DNA of 64,000 nucleotides from Candidatus Altiarchaeia archaeon (GTDB lineage Archaea; Altiarchaeota; Altiarchaeia; IMC4; QMZM01): NCBI GenBank assembly GCA_049299895.1, contig JBAQYF010000031.1, positions 96,644 to 160,643 of the forward strand, read 5' to 3'. Shown piece by piece: positions 1 to 9,568 of this stretch (position 1 is its first letter; each line of letters starts with the position of its first letter). The notes under the pieces were generated by a model. It saw only the letters and a program-made list of their open reading frames with translations, ran no database searches and was not told where the DNA came from. The position numbers and the translations under genes were made by a program.

Positions 1-1
1 G

Positions 2-775
2 AGCACGTATCAGATCCTGATAGAGAAAACAGATTTCCTGAAACATGATTTCCCAAGCATCCGATATTTCACCCAGGCAGGAGGAAAGCTCTCGAACAAA
101 TTCATATCAGAGATCGCAGATGCATTCCCGGATAAAGAAGTATACATCATGTACGGCGCGACCGAAGCAACGGCCCGCCTCTCATATCTCCTGCCGGAAA
201 TGCTCAGAAAAAAGCTCGGCTCCATCGGAAAAGGCATACCCGGAGTGACCCTGCAAGTAGTCGACGCAAACGGATCGCAGGTTAAGCCGGGGGTAGTAGG
301 AGAGATCATTGCGATAGGGGACAACATCATGAAGGGGTACTATAAGGACCCCGAACTCACGAAAAAGACGATCAAAAACGGAGCCCTGTACACCGGAGAC
401 CTTGCCGTGGTCGACGAGGACGGCTACATATACACAGTGGGCAGGTCCAGCAACATCATAAAATCTGCGGGCTACCGGATATCGCCCACAGAGATCGAAG
501 AAGAGATAAACAAGCTGGAAGGAGTCATCGATTGCGTCGCCTTCGGGTTTCCGGACAGCATAATGGGCGAATGCGTGACCGCGGCGGTCCTGACAAAGAA
601 CGCATCCAGTGAGTTAAAGGAGACTATCCTGCTTCACTGCAAAAAGACCTTTCCGTCGCATAAGGTCCCAAAACACATAGTCTTCATGGAGGAATTCCCG
701 CTCAACTCCTCAGGCAAGACAAACAGCCAGAAGATAAAAGAAACCGCGAAAGAGAGGATAGAAAAAGAATCATAG
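2..775 (+). CDS. Acyl-CoA synthetase / AMP-dependent ligase, 5'-truncated at the window edge (C-terminal ~258 aa)
   Basis: The frame is open from position 2. 'YGATE' and 'GYRISPTEIE' are AMP-binding family motifs, and the C-terminal 'GKTNSQKI' region is typical of adenylate-forming enzymes. TAG stop at 773-775. Confidence 0.75.
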   Translation, partial: STYQILIEKTDFLKHDFPSIRYFTQAGGKLSNKFISEIADAFPDKEVYIMYGATEATARLSYLLPEMLRKKLGSIGKGIPGVTLQVVDANGSQVKPGVVGEIIAIGDNIMKGYYKDPELTKKTIKNGALYTGDLAVVDEDGYIYTVGRSSNIIKSAGYRISPTEIEEEINKLEGVIDCVAFGFPDSIMGECVTAAVLTKNASSELKETILLHCKKTFPSHKVPKHIVFMEEFPLNSSGKTNSQKIKETAKERIEKES

Positions 776-788
776 AGCACCCAAAGAT

Positions 789-1946
789 ATGCCAAAGAGC
801 ACTGAAGACACGGGGGCAGCTCCCGGCGAGAAAACCCACCATGTATCAGTCTCCTTAGAGGAAATTCTGAAACTAAAGCAGTACTCCATCCCTGATGAGG
901 AGAAGAACCGCATGCTGCTTGTGAACATAAAAGAGCAGCTTCTTTGCGCAAAAGAAAACAGGCATATAAAGAGCTTCTTTGAAAAACAGGGAATCGACAT
1001 AAGCTCGATCAATAAGCTGGAGGATGTGCCGACGATACCGGTGCAGATGTTCAAATATTTCGACCTCAGGATAGGCACCCCTGAGAGCATAGTCAAAGTC
1101 CTCAAGTCCAGCGGCACGACAAGCGGATTACCCAGCAGGGTCCCCCTGAGCAAGAAGACGACCATGAACCAGACAAAGGCCCTGAATTCCATCTTATCAG
1201 ATTATCTTGGCAACAAGAGAAGGTTGTTTCTCGTAATAGACCATGAAGGAATCAATGCGCCCAATTCGGAAATCACCGCAAGGACCGCGGGGGTGCGCGG
1301 CCTTTCCATATTCTCAAAAAAGATAATCTACCTCCTAAAGGAAGTAGACGGAAAACTCGTATTGAACATGCCGGCAATAGAGGACCTGATCCAGAACCAC
1401 AAAGATGAAGAGGTCTACGTCTTCGGCTTCACCTATATAGTATGGTCTGTCTTCTGCAGGCAGGCAAAGGAGCAGCTAAAGGGCAGACCGTTCAATTTCC
1501 GCGAGGCGATAATATTCCACAGCGGCGGATGGAAGAAACTCGAAGAAGAAAAGGTCTCAAAAGAGGTGTTCTCGGAAGAGATCGCAAAAATATTCGGAAC
1601 AGACCCAAAAAAAGTCCACGACTTCTATGGAATGGCGGAACAGACGGGGATAATATTCGTAGACTGCGAACACGGAAACAAGCACGTACCGAACTTTGCG
1701 CAGGTGATAATACGCGACATACAGACGCTTAAGCCTTGCGAGATAAATGAGACGGGCCTAATCGAGGTCATGAGCATCCTTGCTGACAGCTATTATTGCC
1801 AGGCGATATTGACCGAGGACAAAGGATTCCTCGCAGGCATAGATGATTGCCCGTGCAAAAGAAAGGGCAGGTATTTCCGGTTCAAATCAAGGGTCGAGAA
1901 GGTAGAGATGCGGGGCTGCGGAGACACCTTCAAGGAGAAAACATGA
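789..1946 (+). CDS. LuxE-like acyl-protein synthetase
   Basis: Motifs line up with Vibrio LuxE: SSGTTSG vs TSSGTNG, SGGWKK vs GGGWK, 'VDCEHGNKHVPNF' vs 'FEDEMQRKHVPPW', and a C-terminal 'GCGDTF' vs 'GCALSL'. Size is about 385 aa. Confidence 0.8.
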   Translation: MPKSTEDTGAAPGEKTHHVSVSLEEILKLKQYSIPDEEKNRMLLVNIKEQLLCAKENRHIKSFFEKQGIDISSINKLEDVPTIPVQMFKYFDLRIGTPESIVKVLKSSGTTSGLPSRVPLSKKTTMNQTKALNSILSDYLGNKRRLFLVIDHEGINAPNSEITARTAGVRGLSIFSKKIIYLLKEVDGKLVLNMPAIEDLIQNHKDEEVYVFGFTYIVWSVFCRQAKEQLKGRPFNFREAIIFHSGGWKKLEEEKVSKEVFSEEIAKIFGTDPKKVHDFYGMAEQTGIIFVDCEHGNKHVPNFAQVIIRDIQTLKPCEINETGLIEVMSILADSYYCQAILTEDKGFLAGIDDCPCKRKGRYFRFKSRVEKVEMRGCGDTFKEKT

Positions 1947-3232
1947 TAAAGTGCCACCTACTGGACGGAAGATTCGAAGAGAAGGAATTCGAGGACTTCG
2001 ATGTTATCGCGCAGACAATAAACAAGAACCGCGAAAAACTGTACGAACTTGAGATAAGACAGATAATAGAGATACTGTGCCAGCTTGGAAGAAAGATAAT
2101 CAAGGACAAAGAGATAAACAGGATACAAGGGGTAGGCTACATTGCCATGTGGCTGCGCAAAGACCGCCTGGAGGACGTCTGCAGGATAAACTACATGGAC
2201 GAGTCTTATTACGAAGAATTCACGGAGGCGTCAAAGGACCTAAAACTGTGCATGCAGCCCAGAGGCATAGTATGCCATTCTGTTGCGGGAAACATCCCGA
2301 CCCTCGCCTTCTTCTCGGTCGTGCAGGCGATCCTTTCAAAAAACGGGAGCATCGTCAAAGTCCCGGAACACACTAAAGACATAATACTCGCGATACTCAA
2401 GCACCTTGATGAAACATCAGTCGTAATCGATGGAACAGAATACCACGGAAAAGACATAGTAAAATCGATATCATTAGTCTGCTTCGAAGGAAAAGACCAG
2501 GAAACAAGCAAAAAATTCTCGATTGTCGCGGACTGCAAAGTCATCTGGGGCGGCTCGGACGCCGTAAAAGCAGTCACAACTCTTCCGCAAAAAGAGCACT
2601 GCGAGATAATCTCATACGGGCCGAAATATTCGTTCGGCGTATTTGACAGGGAGTACATAGAAAATGGCCCGTTCGAAAAAGCGCTGGAGGGAGCAGCCTC
2701 GGACGTCGCAGTCTTCAACCAGATGGCCTGCTCTTCACCGCACGTCTACTTCTTTGAGAAAAGCAACCGCCCGATAATGGAGATAGCTAATATCCTGAAA
2801 AGGTGCTTTGAGAGCCTCCCGGAAAAATTACTCAGGCAGGAGATACCCGAAAGCACTGCCTCAAGGATAATAAACGCGCGCGGAATGTACTTCCTTGACA
2901 GCGAAAAATGGATCGTAAAACCGGAGGATCTGTCCTGGACGATACTCGTGAACAAGGATATCAGGCTGGAAGAGCCGGTGCAGGGCAAAGTCGTATTCCT
3001 AAAAGAGGTCGAGAGCGTCGATCTGGTCTTGGACCTTATAACCCGCAAGATACAAGCGATGAGCGTCTCCATCCGAAACGACGAGAAGAGAAGGGCTTTT
3101 GCGAAGAAAGCAGCATACAGGGGCGTAGACAGGATAGTTCCCCCGGGAAAGATGCACGAATTCGACCTGCCATGGGACGGGATACTGGGCCTGAACAGGA
3201 TGGTAAGATGGGTCATTTTAAAGGATAAATAA
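1943..3232 (+). CDS. LuxC-like acyl-CoA reductase
   Basis: The ATG at 1943 overlaps the upstream TGA (ATGA), and AAGGAG sits upstream. Blocks 'HSVAGNIPTLAFFSVVQAILSKNGSIVK', 'VIWGGSDAVKAV', 'FNQMACSSPHVYFF' and 'RIVPPGKMHEF' parallel conserved LuxC blocks. The longer ORF from 1847 is an overlap artefact. Confidence 0.8.
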   Translation: MIKCHLLDGRFEEKEFEDFDVIAQTINKNREKLYELEIRQIIEILCQLGRKIIKDKEINRIQGVGYIAMWLRKDRLEDVCRINYMDESYYEEFTEASKDLKLCMQPRGIVCHSVAGNIPTLAFFSVVQAILSKNGSIVKVPEHTKDIILAILKHLDETSVVIDGTEYHGKDIVKSISLVCFEGKDQETSKKFSIVADCKVIWGGSDAVKAVTTLPQKEHCEIISYGPKYSFGVFDREYIENGPFEKALEGAASDVAVFNQMACSSPHVYFFEKSNRPIMEIANILKRCFESLPEKLLRQEIPESTASRIINARGMYFLDSEKWIVKPEDLSWTILVNKDIRLEEPVQGKVVFLKEVESVDLVLDLITRKIQAMSVSIRNDEKRRAFAKKAAYRGVDRIVPPGKMHEFDLPWDGILGLNRMVRWVILKDK

Positions 3233-3236
3233 ATAT

Positions 3237-3322
3237 CCCCACAGCAAGCTGTGGGGTATTCACGAACTATAAGTTGTGAATGTTGCGTTTGATCTAGGAA
3301 CCCATGCTGCAAGCAGCGGGGT
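3237..3322. promoter_or_regulatory. Three intergenic hairpins between the LuxC-like and SDR genes; two share the consensus CCC(C)A..GC-AAGC-..G..GGGGTATT
   Basis: CCCCACAGCAAGCTGTGGGG (3237-3256), TTCACGAACTATAAGTTGTGAA (3260-3281), CCCATGCTGCAAGCAGCGGGG (3301-3321). Confidence 0.5.
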
Positions 3323-3356
3323 ATTACCGATAAAATAAAATTAATAGAGGGTAAAA

Positions 3357-4097
3357 ATGCTCAAAGACAAGGTGGTATTAATAACCGGCGCAGGAAGAGG
3401 GATAGGTAGAGTGGTGGCATTACTTGCCGCGGAAAACCACGCAAAGGTCATCATAAACTATAACAGAAGCGAAAAAGAAGCAGCTAAGGTCGCAGAAGAG
3501 ATAAAGAACAAAGGCCTTGAAGCGATGGCAATGAAAGCCGACGTCTCGAACGAAAATGAGGTTCGAGCGATGTTCGATTCCATCCGGGACAAATTCGACC
3601 GACTGGACGTAATCGTCAACAATGCAGGCATAATGAAGGGGAACATGCTGATGCTCACAAAAACTGAGGAATACGACGAGATCAATGATATAAACGCGAA
3701 AGGCACGTTCCTGTGCATGAGATACGCATCGAAACTGATGCTGAAGCAAAAGTCCGGGAAGATAATCAACCTCACGTCGATCATAGGTACCAACGGGGAG
3801 AAGGGATATGCTGCATATTCTGCAAGCAAAGCCGCAGTCATCGGCATGACATTGTCCGCGGCAAAAGAGCTTGGAGCGCTAGGGATAACCGTGAATGCGA
3901 TCGCTCCGGGATTCATAGACACCGACATGACAAGCGGGCTGAAGGAAGAGATAAAGCAAGACATAATAAAGAACATCGCGCTAAAAAGGATAGGAAAACC
4001 GGAGGATGTTGCAAAAGCCATTCTGTTTCTGAGCTCTGGCCAGAGCGACTACATAACCGGCCAGGTCATAGGAGTAGACGGCGGACAGATAATGTAA
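3357..4097 (+). CDS. Short-chain dehydrogenase/reductase (FabG-like 3-oxoacyl reductase)
   Basis: N-terminal TGAGRGIGR Rossmann motif, NNAG, and the YSASK catalytic motif. 246 aa. Confidence 0.85.
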   Translation: MLKDKVVLITGAGRGIGRVVALLAAENHAKVIINYNRSEKEAAKVAEEIKNKGLEAMAMKADVSNENEVRAMFDSIRDKFDRLDVIVNNAGIMKGNMLMLTKTEEYDEINDINAKGTFLCMRYASKLMLKQKSGKIINLTSIIGTNGEKGYAAYSASKAAVIGMTLSAAKELGALGITVNAIAPGFIDTDMTSGLKEEIKQDIIKNIALKRIGKPEDVAKAILFLSSGQSDYITGQVIGVDGGQIM

Positions 4098-4110
4098 CGG
4101 ACAAAAAAAG

Positions 4111-4818
4111 ATGACACCCGAAGAATTAAGAAAACAGGTCCATACGCTTTTCCACAAATACAAGTATGAAAACAACGATGACGGCCACCTGGACATACCG
4201 ATCAGGGACACGAAAGGAAATATAGTGGGACACATGAGCCCATGCCAGGCCAAAGAGGTGATGGATACATCTAAGCTAATACCCCTCTTTGCGCAGTGGA
4301 GGAACGAGAACAACTACGCGTTCGCGTCGCAACCGAAAGCAACACCCGAGGGGACTTCAAAGTGGTACGACAACTATCTGATAAACTTGGACGACCGTAT
4401 CCTTTTCATAATCAAGACGATCGACGGCGAACCCATCGGCCACATGGGCCTCTGGACATTCGATTATGAGAAGAAGACCTGCGAGATAGACAACCTGATA
4501 AAGGGGAAGAAGAACCCTCTTCCAGGCCTGATAATGTTCTTTGCTGCAAAGGCGCTAATGGAATGGACCTACGCAAACATCGGGGTAGAGAGCCTTGGAG
4601 GGAGGATGCTGAAAGACAACAGGGCCGCAATAACCTTCTGGGAGAGGCTAGGATTCACAGTCATAGGAGAGATACCCCTCGCAAAGATCCAGGATCCCAA
4701 TGTTACAGGCTGGGAAGAGCTTAATCCTGGAGACACGAGGAAGCCGGACAGATACGAGGTCGTAACTACTGATAGAAAGGATATCTACGAAAAGAACATA
4801 GCAAAGCAAAAACAATGA
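4111..4818 (+). CDS. GNAT-family N-acyltransferase
   Basis: The C-terminal 'NRAAITFWERLGF' acyl-CoA N-acyltransferase motif. 235 aa. Confidence 0.6.
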   Translation: MTPEELRKQVHTLFHKYKYENNDDGHLDIPIRDTKGNIVGHMSPCQAKEVMDTSKLIPLFAQWRNENNYAFASQPKATPEGTSKWYDNYLINLDDRILFIIKTIDGEPIGHMGLWTFDYEKKTCEIDNLIKGKKNPLPGLIMFFAAKALMEWTYANIGVESLGGRMLKDNRAAITFWERLGFTVIGEIPLAKIQDPNVTGWEELNPGDTRKPDRYEVVTTDRKDIYEKNIAKQKQ

Positions 4819-5975
4819 AACTCTCAGTCAGCGCACGCTCAAAGGAGATCGTGCAATCGGAAATCAGGACTATGTCGATAGAATGCGACAAGGTTAATGG
4901 GATTAACCTTTCACAGGGAGTGTGCGACCTGGACCTTCCATTGCCCGTGAAGATGGGGGCAAAAGAGGCGATGGATGCAGGCATAAACCACTACACGAGA
5001 TACGACGGCCTGCCGGAGCTAAGAAACGCGATAGCTTCAAAGATGCGCAAATACAACAATATCGAATCCGACCCGGAAAAAAACATCATAGTCTCCTGCG
5101 GAGCGACCGGCGCATTCTACTCGGCATGCCTCGCCCTCTTGAACCCCGGAGACGAGGTCATCATCTTTGAGCCGTACTATGGATACCACATAAACACCCT
5201 CCTTGCGACACAGGCAAGACCCGTTTACGTCAGAATGAGCCCGCCGGACTGGTCATTCAACATGGAGGACCTTGAGCGCGCGGTTACTCCGAAGACGAAA
5301 GGCATAATGATCAACACCCCTGCAAACCCGTCGGGGAAGGTATTCACAAAAAAAGAGCTGAAGCTGCTTGCCGATTTTGCGATAAAACACGACATCTTCA
5401 TTTTCACAGATGAGATATACGAGTACTTCATCTACGCGGGAGCAAAGCACATAAGCCCAGGATCGCTCCAAGAGATAAAGGACCGGACCATAACGATCTC
5501 AGGGTATTCCAAGACCTTCAGCATAACGGGATGGCGCATAGGCTACTGCGTATGCGACGAAAAGTGGGCCCAGATGATAGGGTACATAAGCGACCTTGTC
5601 TACGTCTGCGGACCGGCCCCTTTGCAGGTAGGCGTTGCAAGAGGGATCGAAAAGCTCCCGGACAGTTTCTATAAAGCCCTGTGCGATGAGTATGCAGCAA
5701 AAAGGGAGATTATCTGTTCGGCACTGGAGGGTTCAGGTCTTACTCCATACGTCCCGCAGGGGGCATATTATGTGCTCGCAGACGTAAGTGCTATTCCAGG
5801 GAAAACAAGCAAGGATAAGGCGATGCACCTCCTGAAAAAGACTGGCGTCGCAAGCGTGCCAGGCGAAGCGTTCTATCACGACGATGGAGGAGAGAATCTC
5901 GTAAGGTTCTGTTTTGCCAAAAAAGATAGCGAACTAAACGAAGCCTGCAACAGGCTCCTAAAATTAAAGCAATGA
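4815..5975 (+). CDS. PLP-dependent aminotransferase, class I/II (AspAT/DapL-like)
   Basis: 'SGYSKTFSITGWRIGY' contains the PLP-lysine context. 386 aa. The ATGA start overlaps the upstream stop. Confidence 0.8.
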   Translation: MKLSVSARSKEIVQSEIRTMSIECDKVNGINLSQGVCDLDLPLPVKMGAKEAMDAGINHYTRYDGLPELRNAIASKMRKYNNIESDPEKNIIVSCGATGAFYSACLALLNPGDEVIIFEPYYGYHINTLLATQARPVYVRMSPPDWSFNMEDLERAVTPKTKGIMINTPANPSGKVFTKKELKLLADFAIKHDIFIFTDEIYEYFIYAGAKHISPGSLQEIKDRTITISGYSKTFSITGWRIGYCVCDEKWAQMIGYISDLVYVCGPAPLQVGVARGIEKLPDSFYKALCDEYAAKREIICSALEGSGLTPYVPQGAYYVLADVSAIPGKTSKDKAMHLLKKTGVASVPGEAFYHDDGGENLVRFCFAKKDSELNEACNRLLKLKQ

Positions 5976-6008
5976 ATCGCACTAATATAACTAACAGAGG
6001 CTTTTGAC

Positions 6009-7121
6009 ATGGACAAAAAGATCAGTTTTGCAGGACCTTGGATAACCCAAAAGGAGATAGACTACGTAGTCGACGCGACCAAGAACGGCTGGTATTCCAC
6101 ATATGACATGCATGCAAAAAAACTTGAGAGGGCAGTATGCGACTATCTCGGCGTAAAATACGGCATCGCAACGCACTGCTGCACACAGGCGCTACACCTT
6201 GCGACCGCCTCCCTCGGACTAAAAGCAGGCGATGAAGTGATATGCACTGATTTTTCTTGGGTCGCTACCGCCTACGCAATATCTTATACTGGCGCAAAAC
6301 CGGTCTTCGTGGACATAGACCCGGACTCCTGGTGCATCGATCCTGCGGCAATAGAAAAAGCGATAACAAAGAAGACTAAAGCAATAATGCTCGTGCACAC
6401 CTTCGGGCACCCCGCGCAGATGGACGAGATAAGGGAGATAGCACAAAAACACGACCTGCGTGTCATCGAAGATGCTGCGCCCGCGCTCGGAGCCCAGTTC
6501 AAGGGACAAAAGACCGGGACGTTCGGGGATCTTGCCTGTTTTTCCTTTCAGGGGGCAAAGCTTGCAGTCAGCGGCGAAGGAGGAATTATCGTCACAGACA
6601 ACGAAGAATTATACAAGAAAGCAGCCCTTCTGTCTTCTATGGGCAGGACCGATTCACAGGCGGTGTTCTGGTCCGACTCCCTGGGATACCAGTACACAAT
6701 AGCAAACCTGACCGCTGCCCTCGCCCTCGCGCAGGTCGAGAGGATAGACGAGCTCCTGGCAAAAAAGAGACAGATATTCAACTGGTACTATGAGAGGCTC
6801 AAAGACGTCCGCGGGATAAAGGTCATAAAAGAGAAGAAGGACTGCAAAAGCAACTATTGCTATCCGTCTATCCTGCTCGGGAACGAGATAAAAGTCCCGA
6901 GAGACGATGTATTGAAGGGATTAAAGGACAGAAACATACACTGCAGACCTGGATTCCCCAGGATGAGCAGATTCCCGCTGTACGCAAAAGACATAAGGTT
7001 CGCAAATCCCCAGACGGAAAAGGTCGAAAAGAGAGGGATATCGCTCGCTGCAGCGGCAAACCTCACACATGAGGATATTAACTACGTCTGCGATTCGCTC
7101 CTTGGTATTATCAAAGGATAA
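6009..7121 (+). CDS. DegT/DnrJ/EryC1/StrS-family sugar aminotransferase
   Basis: 'FSFQGAKLAVSGEGG' contains the PLP lysine. Size (370 aa) and overall pattern fit nucleotide-sugar aminotransferases. Confidence 0.8.
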   Translation: MDKKISFAGPWITQKEIDYVVDATKNGWYSTYDMHAKKLERAVCDYLGVKYGIATHCCTQALHLATASLGLKAGDEVICTDFSWVATAYAISYTGAKPVFVDIDPDSWCIDPAAIEKAITKKTKAIMLVHTFGHPAQMDEIREIAQKHDLRVIEDAAPALGAQFKGQKTGTFGDLACFSFQGAKLAVSGEGGIIVTDNEELYKKAALLSSMGRTDSQAVFWSDSLGYQYTIANLTAALALAQVERIDELLAKKRQIFNWYYERLKDVRGIKVIKEKKDCKSNYCYPSILLGNEIKVPRDDVLKGLKDRNIHCRPGFPRMSRFPLYAKDIRFANPQTEKVEKRGISLAAAANLTHEDINYVCDSLLGIIKG

Positions 7122-8443
7122 TGAAAAAGGAAAGAACCGAAAGCGTCATCAGGGAAGAGATACATGAGAAGGTCCGGGAGATATACAAGATACGCCGGGA
7201 AGAAGAAGAGACCAAAAAAGAGAATTATATCAGCTATGCAGGCAGGGTGTACGACGAGAAAGAGATCATCGCCTTGGTCGATTCGTCTCTCGATTTCTGG
7301 CTTACTGCAGGAAAATATGCAAAGGAATTCGAAAAAAAATTTTCATCATTCATCGGAAGGAAGCATTCACTTCTCACGAATTCCGGCTCGTCAGCAAACC
7401 TCCTTGCGATTTCCGCGCTCACGTCAAAAAAACTCGGAGACCGGAGGCTTAAACCCAGAGATGAGGTAATAACCACTGCATGCGGCTTTCCGACTACTCT
7501 GAACCCGATTATCCAGAATGGCCTTATCCCTGTTTTCGTGGATGTGGAGTTGGGCACGTACAACATACGGGCGGACTTGCTCGCGGATGCCGTATCTGAG
7601 AAGACAAAAGCTATATTCGTAGCACACACCCTAGGTAACCCGGCAGACATCAAAAAAATAAAAAAAACAGCTGATGAACACGACCTGTGGTACATCGAAG
7701 ACAACTGCGACGCGCTTGGATCAAAATACGACGGCAGGTATACGGGAACCTATGGAGACATATCGACCTACAGTTTCTACCCGGCTCATCACATAACCAT
7801 GGGCGAAGGAGGCACGCTCTGCACGGATGATGATCTTCTGAACAGGATAATCCTCTCGTACAGGGATTGGGGCAGGGACTGCTGGTGCCCTCCCGGAAAG
7901 GATAACACATGCGGCAAGAGATTCACCCAGAAATTCGGAAAGCTACCTTATGGCTATGACCACAAATATGTGTATTCGCATATAGGCTACAATCTTAAAG
8001 TAACGGACATGCAGGCTGCCGTGGGCGTGGAGCAATTAATAAAGCTTCCTTCATTCATAGAAAAAAGAAAGGAAAACTACAGGAGCCTTTACAAGGGCCT
8101 GGAAAAATACGAAAAATATTTTCTGCTGCCGAAAGCAACACCGGGATCGGACCCTAGCTGGTTCGGCTTCCCTATACTCGTAAAAGAGGGTGCCGGATTC
8201 AAGAGGGAGGATATCGTAAAATTCTTGGAGGAAAACAGAATAGCGACAAGAATGCTATTCGGAGGCAACCTCTTGAAGCAGCCCGCGTATGAGGATATTG
8301 AATACAGGTGCATAGACACCCTGGAGAACACCGACTTAGTTATGGAGAACCTGTTCTGGGTTGGGGTCTATCCAGGTATAAGCAGGGAGAAAACAGAGTA
8401 TATACTGTCGGTTTTTGACAGATTCATTGAAAAAAAGGATTAA
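7121..8443 (+). CDS. DegT-family NDP-hexose 3-dehydratase-like enzyme (RfbH/E1/ColD-like)
   Basis: 'STYSFYPAHHITMGEGG' has His at the position of the PLP Lys, as in ColD/E1 dehydratases. 'DWGRDCWCPPGKDNTCGKRF' is an RfbH-type insert. 440 aa. TAATG overlap with the upstream gene. Confidence 0.7.
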   Translation: MKKERTESVIREEIHEKVREIYKIRREEEETKKENYISYAGRVYDEKEIIALVDSSLDFWLTAGKYAKEFEKKFSSFIGRKHSLLTNSGSSANLLAISALTSKKLGDRRLKPRDEVITTACGFPTTLNPIIQNGLIPVFVDVELGTYNIRADLLADAVSEKTKAIFVAHTLGNPADIKKIKKTADEHDLWYIEDNCDALGSKYDGRYTGTYGDISTYSFYPAHHITMGEGGTLCTDDDLLNRIILSYRDWGRDCWCPPGKDNTCGKRFTQKFGKLPYGYDHKYVYSHIGYNLKVTDMQAAVGVEQLIKLPSFIEKRKENYRSLYKGLEKYEKYFLLPKATPGSDPSWFGFPILVKEGAGFKREDIVKFLEENRIATRMLFGGNLLKQPAYEDIEYRCIDTLENTDLVMENLFWVGVYPGISREKTEYILSVFDRFIEKKD

Positions 8444-8527
8444 ATATAAAAATTATTTGATTCCAATTATGTTAGTATTACGGCAGATGTCATAATCATT
8501 TTTTGATACATAAACAATCCAATTAAT
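8444..8527 (+). promoter_or_regulatory. AT-rich intergenic region with TATA-like elements upstream of the GT10 gene (putative promoter)
   Basis: 'TAAATATAAAAATTATTTGA' and other A/T runs in the only sizeable gap of the glycan cluster. Confidence 0.3.
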
Positions 8528-9568
8528 GTGATGAAAGCCGGGTTTTATACACAATATAAGGAATTCAGTCAAAATAGGATGTTTCAAGCTACATCCACTG
8601 GGATAGGAGACGATCTTAACTACCCCTTAGTCTATCTTCAGAAAGCGGCGAACGATGCAGGCATCAAGGTTTCTACAATCGATACCGAGCCTCTCGAAAG
8701 TTATGACGCGATATTCTTCCTGGATTTCCCGAAGAAAGAAAACAGATATTACAGAGAGTTGGTAAAAATGGGACTTGAAAACATGTACCTGGTAATGTTC
8801 GAAAGCGAGATTATCAGGCCCGACAATTTTGACCCAAAAAATCATAAGCACTTCAAAAAAATCTTCACATGGAAAGACACGCTCGTAGACAACAAAAAAT
8901 ATTTCAAGATATTTCTACCAAACGATATCCCAGATGTTTTTCCACCAGGGCCAAAGAAAGACAAATTATGCGTGATGATAGCAGGGAATAAATACGTGTC
9001 CAGGTCGCTGCAATTATACGGTGAACGGGTGAAAGCAATCAGGTGGTTTGAGAAAAACCATCCGGAGGATTTTGACCTCTACGGGATAGGATGGGACAGG
9101 TACAGATTCAAAGGGCCTAAACCCATAAGGGTTTTAAACAGGATAAAAGGCCTAACAAGGTTATTGAACCCGCATTATACCTCATATGCAGGACAAATAG
9201 AAAGGAAAAGGCCGGTACTGCAAAGATACAAGTTCTCGATATGCTACGAGAACGCAAGAGACATACCTGGATACATCACGGAAAAGATATTCGATTGCTT
9301 CTTTGCAGGATGCGTGCCAGTCTATTGGGGCGCCCCTAACATAACAGACTACATACCGGAAGAAACGTTCATAGACAAGAGAAAATATTCATCCTATGAG
9401 GAGCTATATGCGTATCTTAAGAACATGCCTGATAAAGAGTATGAGGGCTACCAAAAAGCGATCAGGAATTACGTAAAAAGCGACATGATTCGCTTATTTT
9501 CCGCCGAAAATTTCGCAGAGATTATCATCGAAGAGATAAAGGACTCAAAGCAAGATGGAAGAATCTAA
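8528..9568 (+). CDS. GT10 alpha-1,3-fucosyltransferase-like glycosyltransferase
   Basis: 'YKFSICYENARDIPGYITEKIFDCFFAGCVPVYWG' matches the GT10 FxLxFENS...GYxTEK...P(V/I)YWG signature. Confidence 0.7.
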   Translation: MMKAGFYTQYKEFSQNRMFQATSTGIGDDLNYPLVYLQKAANDAGIKVSTIDTEPLESYDAIFFLDFPKKENRYYRELVKMGLENMYLVMFESEIIRPDNFDPKNHKHFKKIFTWKDTLVDNKKYFKIFLPNDIPDVFPPGPKKDKLCVMIAGNKYVSRSLQLYGERVKAIRWFEKNHPEDFDLYGIGWDRYRFKGPKPIRVLNRIKGLTRLLNPHYTSYAGQIERKRPVLQRYKFSICYENARDIPGYITEKIFDCFFAGCVPVYWGAPNITDYIPEETFIDKRKYSSYEELYAYLKNMPDKEYEGYQKAIRNYVKSDMIRLFSAENFAEIIIEEIKDSKQDGRI

